From: an uncultured Nitrososphaerales archaeon
GTDB lineage: Archaea; Thermoproteota; Nitrososphaeria; Nitrososphaerales; Nitrososphaeraceae
Length of the DNA: 64,000 nt
Direction: 5' to 3'
Assembly (NCBI GenBank): GCA_963713605.1
Contig: CAVQMO010000012.1
Span: 1 to 64,000 of the forward strand
Of the stretch, positions 45,928 to 58,310 are shown one piece after another; within the stretch, counting starts at the first letter, position 1, and each line of letters starts with the position of its first letter. The notes below the pieces were generated by a model. The model did no database searches. It saw only the letters and a program-made list of their open reading frames with translations, and had not been told where the DNA came from. The translations under genes and the position numbers were made by a program.

Positions 45928-46254
45928 ATGTGTATGTCTTGGACTGATATGTACAACCAGTATGTAAAAAGTTATGAAAGCATGAATGAATTCTATAATG
46001 ACTATGTCAATAAAATGAAAAAGCTTAATGAGTTATTCGAAGATGCGTCACGAAACATTAGTAAAATGAATGACCTGTATCGGGATCTGGTTAAAGTCAA
46101 TGAAAATATGTACAATCTATATACTCAGTACCTCAATCATTTCCAGAAATTGAATCAACAGTGGATGGAGTCAGTGTGGGGTCCTTTTTTAGCAAAAGTA
46201 CAAGTACAAGGGAAGGAAGAGATAAAGGCCACAGCGGAAGAAAAGAAGGAATAA
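45928..46254 (+). CDS. Amphipathic helical protein (phasin-like by composition)
   Basis: Heptad Tyr/Met/Asn-rich repeats; C-terminal W..W.PFL. Confidence 0.6.
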   Translation: MCMSWTDMYNQYVKSYESMNEFYNDYVNKMKKLNELFEDASRNISKMNDLYRDLVKVNENMYNLYTQYLNHFQKLNQQWMESVWGPFLAKVQVQGKEEIKATAEEKKE

Positions 46255-46580
46255 GATTTCGCAGAGAAGGACAAAAACTAGAACGAAACTCGAGGAAAGC
46301 AAATATTGAATCTGCATACAAGATGAACTGATAAACAGATTCTTCACTTACCTAGTACCACTAATCAACAGAGCACCAATGTTTGGTCTTTTTTCTCAAA
46401 TGCAGGCTGAGGAACAAGAATGTACATAATAAATACTTAGACCTTCCTGGCATGCTGATATGAGGAATTAAACTTTAACACAAGTTGGTTGTTGTAGATA
46501 ACTGGATGTAGCCCAGATATATTATTAGTAGCTAACAACTAAGGAGCATACACGTGCATCATTGTTCTGTAACGGCCCAT

Positions 46581-47492
46581 TTAACCTCTAATAGCTCCCA
46601 ATGTTAGCCCTCTCACCATATTTTTCTGAAAACTCAACATTAACACAAGCACAGGGATTATAGCAATCGTTATTCCCGCACTTAGATATCCCCAATCAAT
46701 CCTATATAATGAAATAAATTGGTAAAGTGCAACCTGAAATACCGTCGAATCAGGATGATTTGCAAGCACCACAGCTAAAATGAATTCGTTCCATGCAAAT
46801 CTAAAGGAAAGAACGGCTGCGATAGCAAATCCTGGCATCGATAGAGGGATGGTAATTCTACGCAATACACCTAACCTTGAGCATCCGTCTAGAAGAGCGC
46901 TCTCCTCAAGATCCTTGGGTATAGTTTCAAAATAGCTCTTTAGCAACAATATGTTCAGAGGAATAATGAGTATTTGAAACGTTAACATCAATGCGAATAA
47001 GGAATTTAACAAGCCTAAATCTGCCAACATTATGTAAAGAGGTACTATGTTAATAACAACAGGGATCATAAAAAGCCCTAAAATAATACTTATGATCAAG
47101 TTTTTACCCTTGAATTCAAATCGTGCAAATGAGTAACCCCCTAGTGCGCTAACTGTCACGCTTAAGAGCGTACTTCCGATGCTTACGATAAAGCTATTTG
47201 ATAGACTCTGAACTAGAGTGGGATCAGTCAGAACAAAAACAAAATTCTCTAGAGTAGGGTCTTCTGGAATTAACTTAGGGGGAAAACTCATTGCTTCTTG
47301 ATTTTGCTTCAATGACGTTGAAAATATCCAAACTATTGGAGTAAAAGTAATAAAAAGAAAAATAGCTATTAGGCCATAAAGCATCAATCTCTCACCTAAA
47401 GTTGACCTTGTGCTTTCGTGATTGATTTTGTCAGCTGACCTGAAATAGCGAGTAAATTCATGATTTCCGTTTTTGCTTTCGTCTTGTTTCAT
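46581..47492 (-). CDS. Carbohydrate ABC transporter permease (MalG-like)
   Basis: GYSFARFEFKG; EAA loop IPKDLEESALLDG; WNEF. Confidence 0.95.
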   Translation of the reverse strand: MKQDESKNGNHEFTRYFRSADKINHESTRSTLGERLMLYGLIAIFLFITFTPIVWIFSTSLKQNQEAMSFPPKLIPEDPTLENFVFVLTDPTLVQSLSNSFIVSIGSTLLSVTVSALGGYSFARFEFKGKNLIISIILGLFMIPVVINIVPLYIMLADLGLLNSLFALMLTFQILIIPLNILLLKSYFETIPKDLEESALLDGCSRLGVLRRITIPLSMPGFAIAAVLSFRFAWNEFILAVVLANHPDSTVFQVALYQFISLYRIDWGYLSAGITIAIIPVLVLMLSFQKNMVRGLTLGAIRG

Positions 47493-47510
47493 TTCAGGAT
47501 TCTCAGTATT

Positions 47511-48383
47511 TTATCTCCTTAGAAATTTTACATAAATGATCGCTACTGTTAAATTGATCAAGATCAGGATTATACCTGCAGCAGCACCTTTAGATAGTAA
47601 TCCAAACTCAAACGCCTGTCTGTACATATATAGCGACGCAGTGGTGATCGAAAATAAAGGTCCTCCGCCAGTCATGATCAATTGTATGTCAAAGAGGTTT
47701 ACCGACCACATAGTGATCAGAATAAGATTAATTATCATAAACGGTTTCAATAATGGTAGCGTAATGTGAAAAAGAGAGCGCATTTTAGACGCTCCGTCTA
47801 TTCGGGCTGCCTCATATAAGGAAGGATTTATGGATAGTAATCCTGCAGTTAGAAACAACAAGGTAAATGGGGTACCGTACCACATATTTGCGATTACAAG
47901 TGACCATACCACTATATTGGGATCAGAAAGCCATCCAACTGATTCAACACCCATTTGGTTCAGAATGTAATTCAGTATACCAAAATTATCGTCAAGTATG
48001 AATTTGAAAGAGAATGCAGCTATAACTGCGGATATTGTCCATGGTATGATCAGGATTGCTCTATATACACCTGAACCACGAATCTGTTGATTCAAGACAA
48101 TCGCCATCAACATCCCCACACCAAACTGCAAAACCACAGACCCTCCGACAAACATCAAAGTTACTTTCAGTGACGTATAGAAATTTGGATCTTTAAAAAG
48201 GGTAACGAAGTTTTCAGGCCCTACGTATTCCCAGTCCCTGAGAAGTGTAGTAAGACTTACATCATGTAATGCGATGTAAATATTCCAGGATAATGGAAAA
48301 ACAAGAAATACAAGAAGTATTGCAAATGAAGGTGCGAGAAAGAGATATGGCTGTAACTTAGATATTTGAGCCATATTTGACAT
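47511..48383 (-). CDS. Carbohydrate ABC transporter permease (MalF-like)
   Basis: YVGPENF; EAA loop LYEAARIDGAS; MTGGGP. Confidence 0.95.
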   Translation of the reverse strand: MSNMAQISKLQPYLFLAPSFAILLVFLVFPLSWNIYIALHDVSLTTLLRDWEYVGPENFVTLFKDPNFYTSLKVTLMFVGGSVVLQFGVGMLMAIVLNQQIRGSGVYRAILIIPWTISAVIAAFSFKFILDDNFGILNYILNQMGVESVGWLSDPNIVVWSLVIANMWYGTPFTLLFLTAGLLSINPSLYEAARIDGASKMRSLFHITLPLLKPFMIINLILITMWSVNLFDIQLIMTGGGPLFSITTASLYMYRQAFEFGLLSKGAAAGIILILINLTVAIIYVKFLRR

Positions 48384-48487
48384 TCAAATAAATACTGGTT
48401 TTCTGTTGCTACACCATTATCTGTACCCTTCTCTTGAGATGGCCAAGATTTGGTGATTATTATAAACAGCTTGAAAGGATATGCCTT

Positions 48488-49827
48488 TTACCACCCAAGA
48501 ACTTCAGCTGATTTGATGGCGCTTTCCTGCAATGCCTGACTTGGATCCTTGCCGCCAAAGTAAACCCCATCTATTGCTTCGCGAATATTATCGGCTATTT
48601 GTGGATATTCTGGAATGTTTGGTCTGCTATGGCCAATTGGGATCATGGAAATCATATCTGAGTAGTATGGTATTGTAGCATTAAGGCTTTGAGAATAGGG
48701 TCCTTCAGCAATGGGCTTTTGGGTAGGTAGGTAGCCTTCTTTTTCGAGCATAGGCGCAAGGATTTCGGGATCCACCAATAATGTAAGTAATTCCCAAGAG
48801 AGTTGCTTATTCTGAGACGTTTCAGGAATGCTTAGAATCCATCCACCCATCATGGTGGCAGATTTATTTCCCTCGTTTGGAACCGGAAACATTGGTATCA
48901 TACCCACACTCTGGTTGAGACCCGCCCATTGCCCACGAGGGAAAGTGCCCAGTAACCACGAACCTTCTAACATCATAGCAAACTTCTTATCAGCAAACTC
49001 TTGGCCCCAAAAATGATTGACTTGCGGCTTGATACCTGCATCTACCTGTCTCTTGATGAACTCTAATGACTGTACTCCCTCAGGTACCTGTTGTAGGATG
49101 GAAACCAGTAGGTTCCCTGAGTAGGGTGTCCACTCCTTTGCTCTAATATATCGCCCCCTAACATCCATAGGTAGGGGTACCACATGTCCGGCGAGTGACT
49201 TGCACCAACTAGATGCGCTCCCTGAATTCCCTGTTGACCCAGGGCATCATTAAGTTTCTTTGCAGCTGATAGATATCCGTCCCATGTTTCAAGAGTGCCT
49301 GGATCCACACCAGCATCTTTCAAAAGATCCTTCCAGTACCACAATGCTCGTACATCAGTCCATGCCCATATTCCATAGATCTTGTCCTCATACTTTCCTC
49401 CTTCCCAGTTGACAGGGTACCAGTCACCCTCTCTTCCCCAAGAAGTCGCATTCTGTGTGAGATTGGTCAAAAAACCTCCTTCAGCAAATTCCCCCAACCA
49501 TATTTGGTCTACTGAAATTAGGTCGATCGGTGTTCTTCCAGCCATCGAAGTGAGAATCTGTGTGCGTGTTGCATCGTAGGGCAGGACCCTGTAATCTATC
49601 TTGATATCCATATCGGGATGATTTTCATTAAGTTTCTTTGTAGCATTATCAAACAAAACGTCCCACCTCTCCTTCGGTTCAGCCACAATGGCAGTTAGAG
49701 TGACTTTTTCCTTTTGAGCATCCAAGGAATTAACCAATCCTGTAAAAATTACGCTAATTAAGAAGGCCGAACTAAGTATAAACACCATTTTCTTATTTAT
49801 GTATAAAATATTCATTAGAAACAACAA
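48488..49827 (-). CDS. Carbohydrate ABC transporter substrate-binding protein (frameshift ~49085)
   Basis: Two ORFs join; DQIWLGEFAEGG, ETWD, MGGW, RPNIPEY motifs of family-1 solute-binding proteins. Confidence 0.92.
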
Positions 49828-50210
49828 AGACGCGGCATCTTTTTAAATGTTTTTGTCAAAGGAATGATCGTTCGGATTATATTTCATTCTATGATTTACA
49901 TCGCAGGCTTATTTGCCCTGATCCTTGTTTATTCAAAGATTATTATATGATAATAGGTACAAAGACTGAGTGGCTGGATCTAGATTGGATTGGCGAAAAT
50001 AGGCACCATTGATTGGCTAGAACCTATTGCATTCACACAAAATAAATTGCAGAGACCAAAGCCACTTGAGTGAGCCCATACATGCAATTCTTTTTACCTA
50101 CGTGAAGCTCCTTTGTTCGAGTCTAGAATTTCAATGATAGCCCTTTAATCAATACTAATAAGTATGATACTTAATCTGTACCGTCCTGGAAAGGGCGAAC
50201 ACGTATATCC

Positions 50211-51365
50211 ATGTCCACTCGCGTAAGGATTGAAAATTTAACCAAGAATTACGGAAATGTTAATGCTCTTGCTAACTTTTCGTTAGAAGTTGATCCTGGT
50301 GAATTTATGGTTCTGCTTGGCCCTTCTGGGTGTGGAAAGACTACCGCAGTTAGATGCATAGCAGGCCTTAGCGATCCAAGCAGCGGGACCATACATATAG
50401 GAGACCAGTTAGTCAACGGTTTACCTCCAAGAGACAGAGATATTGCTATGGTGTTTCAAAACTATGCTCTCTACCCCCATATGTCAGTATATGATAATAT
50501 AGCATTTCCCTTGAAGATGAGAAAGGAATCTAAAGGAAATATAAAGGAAAAAGTAGAAAAGATTTCCAAACTCCTAGAAATCTCACAATTTATCGATCGA
50601 AAGCCGAAGGAGCTTAGCGGAGGACAGATGCAGAGAGTTGCGTTGGGAAGGGCATTAGTTCGCGAACCCAAGGTTTTCCTAATGGACGAACCTCTCAGCA
50701 ACCTTGATGCAAAAATGCGTGTATACATGAGAACAGAAATAAAAAAACTGCAAAGAAAAGTGGGGATCACCACTATTTACATAACACACGATCAGATCGA
50801 GGCAATGAGTATGGCCGATAGAATTGTCATCATGGATCATGGGTTAATTCAGCAAGTGGGCACACCCCAAGAGGTGTACTCTAAACCATCAAATACTTTT
50901 GTGGCAGGATTTATAGGTAGTCCCCCAATGAATTTACTCGAATGTGAAGTCAGCCGTAGCGATGCTCATTTGCTTTTTGAAATTTCAGGTAGTTTGGTTA
51001 GATCAGAATCCGGTGCCTTACGAAATGTTTTCGATCGATTGTACAGAAAGGAAGAGTCATCTACGAAAGTAACTCTTGGAATCAGACCACGCGATATCTA
51101 TATTGGTAGCGACCGGCTACATTCAGATCTAACCATGGAGTGTATTTTGTCTTTTGTCGAAATGTTAGGTGACGATACAGTTTTGGAAGTGAATATAGGT
51201 AAAAATAGTATGAAAGTACTTACCAATAGTATGACGACTGAAACACACCAAAATTTGTCAGTTGGCCAACGTGTTTTAATAGGAATATCACATGAGAAAC
51301 TACATTTCTTTAACTCTCAAACTGGTGTTAGGAAGGAGGGAAAATTAAACAATAACATACCATAA
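50211..51365 (+). CDS. Carbohydrate ABC transporter ATPase (MalK/MsmX-like)
   Basis: GPSGCGKT, VFQNYALYPH, LSGGQ, DEPLSNLD, THDQ, FIGSP, C-terminal TOBE region. Confidence 0.97.
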   Translation: MSTRVRIENLTKNYGNVNALANFSLEVDPGEFMVLLGPSGCGKTTAVRCIAGLSDPSSGTIHIGDQLVNGLPPRDRDIAMVFQNYALYPHMSVYDNIAFPLKMRKESKGNIKEKVEKISKLLEISQFIDRKPKELSGGQMQRVALGRALVREPKVFLMDEPLSNLDAKMRVYMRTEIKKLQRKVGITTIYITHDQIEAMSMADRIVIMDHGLIQQVGTPQEVYSKPSNTFVAGFIGSPPMNLLECEVSRSDAHLLFEISGSLVRSESGALRNVFDRLYRKEESSTKVTLGIRPRDIYIGSDRLHSDLTMECILSFVEMLGDDTVLEVNIGKNSMKVLTNSMTTETHQNLSVGQRVLIGISHEKLHFFNSQTGVRKEGKLNNNIP

Positions 51366-51620
51366 ATGAACTTTACTGCAGTTTATATCAAACCATGTAG
51401 TCTCAATATCAATTGATGACCCATTTTAGTATCGGTTAAATTAATCAACAACTTTCGTTTACCCAGGGACCAAAATCCTAAATCCTAAAATTCACAATCT
51501 ATTTTTAGATTGTGATTGTAGCATGTTCTACAGCAACGGTCAAACGGATAATTAAAAAAGGTCATTATATGAAGTTAGTATATAAATAGATAGGATAATA
51601 GAAAATATGGTCGATTAGCG

Positions 51621-52319
51621 TTGGAAGAGAATAATCATTCCCATTGGCGTAATAGCGTAGTGAAAATAAAAATTAACCAACAGAATATGATTGAAGGTGA
51701 TCTAATGCTTCCCGCCTCTGGTACCACTATGAAAGGTATTGTTATTTTTGCTCATGGAAGTGGTAGCAGTAGGCATAGTCCAAGAAGCAAGTATGTTGCA
51801 CAAGTGCTGAATAATGTTGGTTTCGCTACACTCGTGGTTGACCTACTTACTCTAGAGGAAGAAACTGTGGATAACCTTACAAAGGAACATAGATTCAATA
51901 TTGTATTACTAGCTCAAAGATTAATTTCTTGTACAGACTGGACTTTACAGAATCCCGAATTGAAAAATTTGAAGATTGGATATTTTGGTGCTAGTACAGG
52001 AGCTGCAGCTGCATTAGTGGCGGCTGCGGCTCGTCCAAATGCAATCAGTGCAATCGTATCACGCGGAGGTAGACCTGACTTAGCTGGTAAAGAGGTATTA
52101 GATCAAATTGAAGCTCCTACGTTGTTAATAGTAGGCGAAAATGATAAGACAGTAATTGAACTTAATCAAAATGCGTTAAAGCTGCTTACACGAATCGAAA
52201 AAAGGAAGAAAATTATCTTAATCCCCAACGCAACACACTTATTTGAAGAGGATGGTGCCCTCGAAGAAGTTGCTAGACGAGCTAGTGGCTGGTTTGAATG
52301 TTTCTTTCTAGAACAATGA
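51621..52319 (+). CDS. Dienelactone-hydrolase-family alpha/beta hydrolase
   Basis: FAHGSGSSRHSPR, GYFGASTG, SRGGRPDL, ATHLFEE. Confidence 0.9.
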   Translation: MEENNHSHWRNSVVKIKINQQNMIEGDLMLPASGTTMKGIVIFAHGSGSSRHSPRSKYVAQVLNNVGFATLVVDLLTLEEETVDNLTKEHRFNIVLLAQRLISCTDWTLQNPELKNLKIGYFGASTGAAAALVAAAARPNAISAIVSRGGRPDLAGKEVLDQIEAPTLLIVGENDKTVIELNQNALKLLTRIEKRKKIILIPNATHLFEEDGALEEVARRASGWFECFFLEQ

Positions 52320-52720
52320 GATTGTTGGACCATTATAACCTACACCTCTCAATCTTGATAGACCCCAATGAGCGGAAGGGTTAGAGATGAATTTGAAAGA
52401 ATTGATGAAGCCTACATGGCATACGTGCATTGTTGTTGTTACTAACACCTAAAATCTGCACTTTGACCGATTATTGGAAGTAAAGTGCGTTAATTCGAAA
52501 GATCTCAGTTATTTTTGAAGACTCTACTCTTTGTCCCAGTTGTACCTACCAATCAGATATTTTTTATTATTAGTTGGATAGATTACCAGGTATCTACGAA
52601 TTATCTGTGAAGCTGCATGAGTCAATTGACTACTTGGCCTGTGCCTGTTTGTATCACAACTTGAATTTGAAGCTATATCAATATGGAAATACATTACAAT
52701 ACTGAACAACACAGATTAAG

Positions 52721-53173
52721 TCATTGTTCAGAATGCTTTATCCTCTTAGGAAATTCAGATAATGTACTTGAATTGCATCTCAAACAAGCTAACTCTTCTG
52801 CTTCAGCAAGATAGGATACATAGTAACATTTGGAACATTGCATACGCCTCAAAGTGCTACCTAGCTCGAATGAACGACCATCCTTCATCTTTATGACACG
52901 CTGGTGGAGGAAATTACCAACCACAATATCTACTAATTGAGAAATCTGATCAATATCATCATTTCTATATCTTAGATATGTTTTGGTTATTTCTGATGGA
53001 AGCATTCTCAGTTCAAATTCTAGTCTTCCTTTATTTGACTGCCTAAAGAGATGATCTCGCAAATACCAATCTAACTCCCTAATTTTCAAGTCTGTCATCC
53101 CAAATCCAAATAATGTTAGAGTATACAGGTGTAAAATACTTATGTTACCTTGGTGGCTAATTCTGATGAGCAA
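52721..53173 (-). CDS. Hypothetical protein with C-terminal CxxC...CxxC zinc ribbon
   Basis: QCSKCYY...CLRC; likely start MTDLKIRELDWYLRD. Confidence 0.7.
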   Translation of the reverse strand: MLIRISHQGNISILHLYTLTLFGFGMTDLKIRELDWYLRDHLFRQSNKGRLEFELRMLPSEITKTYLRYRNDDIDQISQLVDIVVGNFLHQRVIKMKDGRSFELGSTLRRMQCSKCYYVSYLAEAEELACLRCNSSTLSEFPKRIKHSEQ

Positions 53174-53255
53174 GGATTAATTTCCGAATACCAACCATTA
53201 TTCATTGCTTCTGATCAATGGAATTGTTGTCATCAATGTTATTGTTATTGTAATA

Positions 53256-55003
53256 CTAAGTATGTAAATTAACTAATTGCTCTCTGGTTAATATGACTGG
53301 CAATACTGTCCCAGGTCGTGCCTTATATCCAGGAACTCCTACTCCCACGGCGATCATCGGTCCTCTTATTAGCCGCATGTGGAGCAAAGAATTCGGTCGT
53401 CGCATCATCGAAGAATGTTGTTCCAGATGCCCCTATAGAGTGTGCATAGCTTGACAAGTATATTTTACCTGTAATGATCCCTGCTTCAAGCTGAGCAACC
53501 CGATATCCTCTGTTACCAAGTTCATCGAGCACCTTATGAAGATCCGCCATCAAGAATATCACTGCACTTGCATCACTAAAAAGAGACTGGCCTAGACAAA
53601 GATAACCGGAGATCTGCCTTGATGCATTTCTTTTTAACAAATCGAACGCTTTGAGTTTGCGATTAAAGAAATATGCCCCAGGTTCTAGACCAACCACACT
53701 ATTAGAGATAAGATAAGCGTCGATTACCGATGACATAGCTTGTTCATTTGCGAAGACATCCATTGGCACTCCCCGTGTGGAGCTGTCAAGTATAGAGAAA
53801 AGTGTGGAAATTGAAATAGACGAACGCTTATCAAACCTTCGAGTTGATCCTCGTCTCAATATTACTTCGCCGATAGTCATCCTTGTAGGTGTACCTGTGA
53901 CATCTGACATCTCTTTTCGGTCCAAAATGGGTTCAGTGTTGTTTTCCAATTCAATGTTTTGATGTCGTTGTTCTAAATGTTGCTTGGAAATTGAGCTCGT
54001 ATTGTGATTAGTTTGGATTTGCTGGCCAGATAGAGGTATTATTTGTTTGAATGTCGATCCAAGATTCGACATCTCCTCTATCTAAAAGTTTTGAATTTTG
54101 GTGCACTTTCCAAATATCAGGATAATCTATCTCTTCTCCTTGTGACACCGATACAATCTTTGGAATGGGTAGATCACCAATTTCTTTTTGGATATTGCTA
54201 TCTGTCTTGGAGTCAGATTTTGGGCAATAGCCTATCCCAATCGACGCAATTACTATCGAAGCTTCTTTTAGAGCCTCCAAGCGCAATAGTCTATCAACTA
54301 TATCGTCGACATACCCCATAATCAATTTGGTAGGAAGCTTCATCGATGCAGTAGTTGCCAAGAGATTAGCAACAATCACACCACAGTCCCAGAACCAATG
54401 ACGATAAGATCTTGCCTGATATTTCCATGAATTTCTCCATGCCAAAGAAGAAAATATTATGGAAAGAGGCGACGTAAAGATTGTGTCATATTCTCTTTTT
54501 GCTAACGCGGTGGAAGCCAATGCATGTCTGTAATCTCCGCTTCTTAGCTGAGTTAAGCTGAAATCGGCTGGACCAAAATGATACACTCCAGCAGTTAGAT
54601 CTGGAGTTATGTCACCACAAACGACGTATAATTCTATAGGATAGAGGGCCCCTGTAGCAGAGGCAGCACGCATGAAATAGGTGCCGTAACTATATCTCAT
54701 CACCCTTGTTATGCCAGCAGCAAAAAATAGGATCTCAGATATATCCGTGGCAGAAACAGATTCCTTGGCTTTTATTGTATTATAATCTGCAGGTTGCTTG
54801 ACATCTGAGATTGAAGTGATCGAATCTAAATTTGGGATAGGGAAATTATTCGTAAGAGGGTAACGTGGTTGTTCAAGATATGTTTTAAAAGGCATCGGAC
54901 GGTTATCGTAGTCTAAATAATGTCTAGAGGTCATTATGCTGACTTCTGAATGTTTAGTTGCTTCATGATAATCTAACGCGTGTTGAATCTCCTTATTGTT
55001 CAT
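53256..55003 (-). CDS. SagB/ThcOx-family tandem nitroreductase-domain dehydrogenase (frameshifts ~54020, ~53370)
   Basis: YHEATKHS, RAASATGALYPIELY, WKYQARSYRH, second domain RRGSTRRF...RGYRVAQLEAG. Confidence 0.9.
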
Positions 55004-55386
55004 TGATTTGTAATGATTGAAGACTGATATAATTTTTACAAATGGATAGGACTCGAATAGTGGATACATATGATGATGGTCTTGAAAATTGCGTCATAGC
55101 TAGCTATAATATCTAATTCTATTCAAGAAATCAGCTACACCTTGATAGACGCTTTTCAAAACAGACAGAATCTACCTAGGTTCTACGGACTAGCAAAGTG
55201 AACTTGTGCAGGATTTTGGATTAGACTGTTCTACACAATTCGCATGAATTTTGCCAAAAACATGGAAAGTCTTAAAATGATATGCATTTACGAAAAAAGC
55301 TATTGTCCCCTTATCAACTTCGATAAAAATATCTTTATACTCCTCAGGAATATTGTATTATTGAATGTCAAACCCAAACGACAAGT

Positions 55387-55791
55387 ATGTCGGTCAAGAC
55401 AGTAAAAGTACTAACGATGAGATACGAGCGAACAAATGCAGCCAATATTAGCTACAGTAGCAAGGATAAAAATGAGGAACGAGCTCAATCAGTTGACCCA
55501 TCAGGGAAGTCTTCTTTTACAGATAGAATCATGAACAAGGTTAGCCCCGGTTCTAGGCGAGAGACAAGTGAATATTCTGAATCTGAGAGAATTTCCAATA
55601 ATGTCACAAAAATAATCATAAGTTTATTCCTGCTCGTCGGCTTTATTGTGTTAGTCACTGCGATTTTTGTTGCAGCCCTAGGCAACGATGACGCTCAACA
55701 AGCACAGATTCTCGGAAACGTGTTTGTAGCAGCAATTGTCGGTGGATTTACGATAGTTGGAACTATCATATACCAGGTTCGTGGGAGATGA
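55387..55791 (+). CDS. Two-TM membrane protein
   Basis: Two C-terminal hydrophobic helices. Confidence 0.65.
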   Translation: MSVKTVKVLTMRYERTNAANISYSSKDKNEERAQSVDPSGKSSFTDRIMNKVSPGSRRETSEYSESERISNNVTKIIISLFLLVGFIVLVTAIFVAALGNDDAQQAQILGNVFVAAIVGGFTIVGTIIYQVRGR

Positions 55792-56133
55792 TAACATAAT
55801 GTCGTGAACTGATCATGCAAGAATTTGCTAAAAATCCACCTTTTATTTTGCTGATAGTGCTAGCATGATCAACGTTTAGACTTTTTTAGTTTTTGCATTC
55901 TCATCATCAACTTCTTTCTTCTCTTCAAGAATATTCATGGTTTGAACTAGTATTCATCTGGCGTAATATTACTTATTTTGATATTCATTCAGCCACAGCT
56001 ACTTCACAATTACCCATTAATCAGAGCTAATATCAAAGATGTCTCCACTAAATTAGGTTTATGACCTATGCAAATTCGAGGATTTGATAACAGAAAATTT
56101 TTCTTAATCCCAAGCTTGCCACCATTAAACCCC

Positions 56134-58310
56134 TCAAGGCTTATTCTTGCTAGGTGATTCATCGTCAAGGAAAAAATCCGAGTCCTGATCAGTAACTTCT
56201 CTGATCGTATTGGAATCAGAACGATGAGAAGCAGGAGTGATTTTAGCGTTAGATTTTTTTTCTTCTTTCTTCCTCTTGTTTCTACGTCTGATCAAAAACA
56301 ATACAACTATAATTACAATGATGATAATGATCACAATTGGAAAGATACCCGAAAATCCATTCGCAAAAGTGAATGCGTCGCTAGTACTGTCATTGTTATT
56401 GGACGCCGACACCTGTCCTTCATATACAACTGTATCATTTAATAGCAATTCATGAACCATTCTAAGATTATCACTATAAGTAACGTTTAGGCTCACAGGG
56501 TAGTTACCTGCTGGTAGATCACTGTCAAGGCTAAGAGGAATACTAAATGGAAGTGGAGAGTTCTCGGAGAGATCCCCTAGATATTGTTGTTGGGATGGAC
56601 CTTTAACCAAAGATTTGTTCAAGCTGCTCTGCGATGATGATTCTGCCCTATTTGCAGGATTGACTAAATCTATTGTCGTAAATAGTGCGACTGTATTTCC
56701 TTCATTCAATAAATTACCGACTAGATTTGGGGCACCACCTACGTAATTTAAGTCAAGATCGTATGTCCTAATCCGTATTTGGCCGTCAACGTAAGCGCCA
56801 ATGTTTAGAGTGTCTGTTTTGGACTGTCCCCTTTCTATGGTACTCGGCATTTATTTCAAATTCCGTAGGCGTATTAATCACGTCCGCGGCGGCATAAACG
56901 GTTGTAGACATTGGGAAATTTGATAGAGGAGCCATATAATCTACCCTCCATCTCGAGTCTCCTAATATCTTGACAGAATTTGTCCCTGACGAAAGGGAAA
57001 AAACGATATCTGTAAGCGGTAAACTCCCATTGTTGGTTATACTAAACCTAAGGTTTTCTAACCTACCTGCTGTAAGTTTTATCGGGTCTTCGTTAATTTC
57101 TTCTTCAGCTTCATTTACATTACTCTTACTATCATTGGCAACATAATCCTGGCTACTGGACGTAGTTGAAATTATCCCTGGATTTATGCTGAGCACAGAC
57201 TCCGGCGGATTTGGCGCTACGATCATTCCTATTGAATAATCGGAATCGGTACGTATGCCATATGCGTTATTGTAGGCTATCTCCAGATCCAAAGTCTGTA
57301 TCGTTCCTCCAGAAGAATAGTCAGGATATATAATCGGAGTGATTAAGACTGAGCTGCCGGCCGGAATATTTCCGATGTTAAAAGATTCTGAATCGACAGT
57401 TGTAGTAGAAGAGCCATTTACCGAATTGCTGTCAGAAGATACTGTTTGCGGCAGTCGTTCCCCCAGAAACTCCTACCACCGTAACTACTGCTCCTGTTGC
57501 GTTAGCTGTTCCATCATTTGTTATAGGAATTTGTAATGGATTTGGATAACCGGCAGTTAGATTTTGATTTAATAATGTGGTATCTAAAATTACTTTACCG
57601 GTCACTCTAAATGGGATCATCATTGAGGTTGAAATCTGCCCGACCTCAAGAATCTTCGAATATGATAATGTTAGGTCACCAGTGTATGGACCCACTCTGG
57701 CTTGTGGAAGAACATCCATTGTGAAGTACATAGTGAAAGTGTCACCTGCCTTAATGATAGAATCGTAGCTGGCCACTGCAACATTTGGAGAGGTGACATT
57801 ATTCTCACCTTCAATCGCTCTAAATCCAGGGGGAAGGGTTAGATATCCAGTTACCCCTGTAATATCAGTTCTTCCTCTATTTACGAATACTATCGCAAGA
57901 GTAGAGGTTCCTTCTCCAGGGCCAATTTCCTTCTTGGAGTTGTTTGTGGTTGACGTGGAGGTAGAGATAGAATCTTCTGTCCAATATGCTTCAAGAAAAG
58001 AAGGAGCTCTATCAGTTTGAACAGAGATGGGAATAATAGTGGGAGGAGATGAATTAGACGGTTGAGCAAATACATTCGCTCCAAATATTGTAAATAGTAC
58101 CAAATATGCGACTAGTGATATTAATAAGGGACATAACCCTAAACTGATAAGAGCACTTGAGTTTTTTCTGTTCCGCTTAGATGCAGCAATATTTCTATAC
58201 CGCCTCAGTAGGTTTCCTCTTCGCATGGGCTCCAAAGTACATCCTTCGAAAAAGGAACAAGGAACATTGTCATATTTCTCCCTTAGGTTATATCTTCCCT
58301 GTTCCATCAT
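56134..58310 (-). CDS. COG1361-type S-layer/CARDB-like multi-Ig-domain membrane protein (at least two frameshifts)
   Basis: Signal/TM, repeated beta domains (LAIVFVNRG, ITNDGTANA, ITNNG, NLLNEGN), C-terminal TM plus RRRNKRKK. Confidence 0.82.

Noticed and set aside
53256..55003. RiPP (azole) biosynthetic cluster around the SagB-type gene
   Set aside because: No YcaO, E1-like protein or precursor peptide nearby; stand-alone tandem SagB proteins are common.
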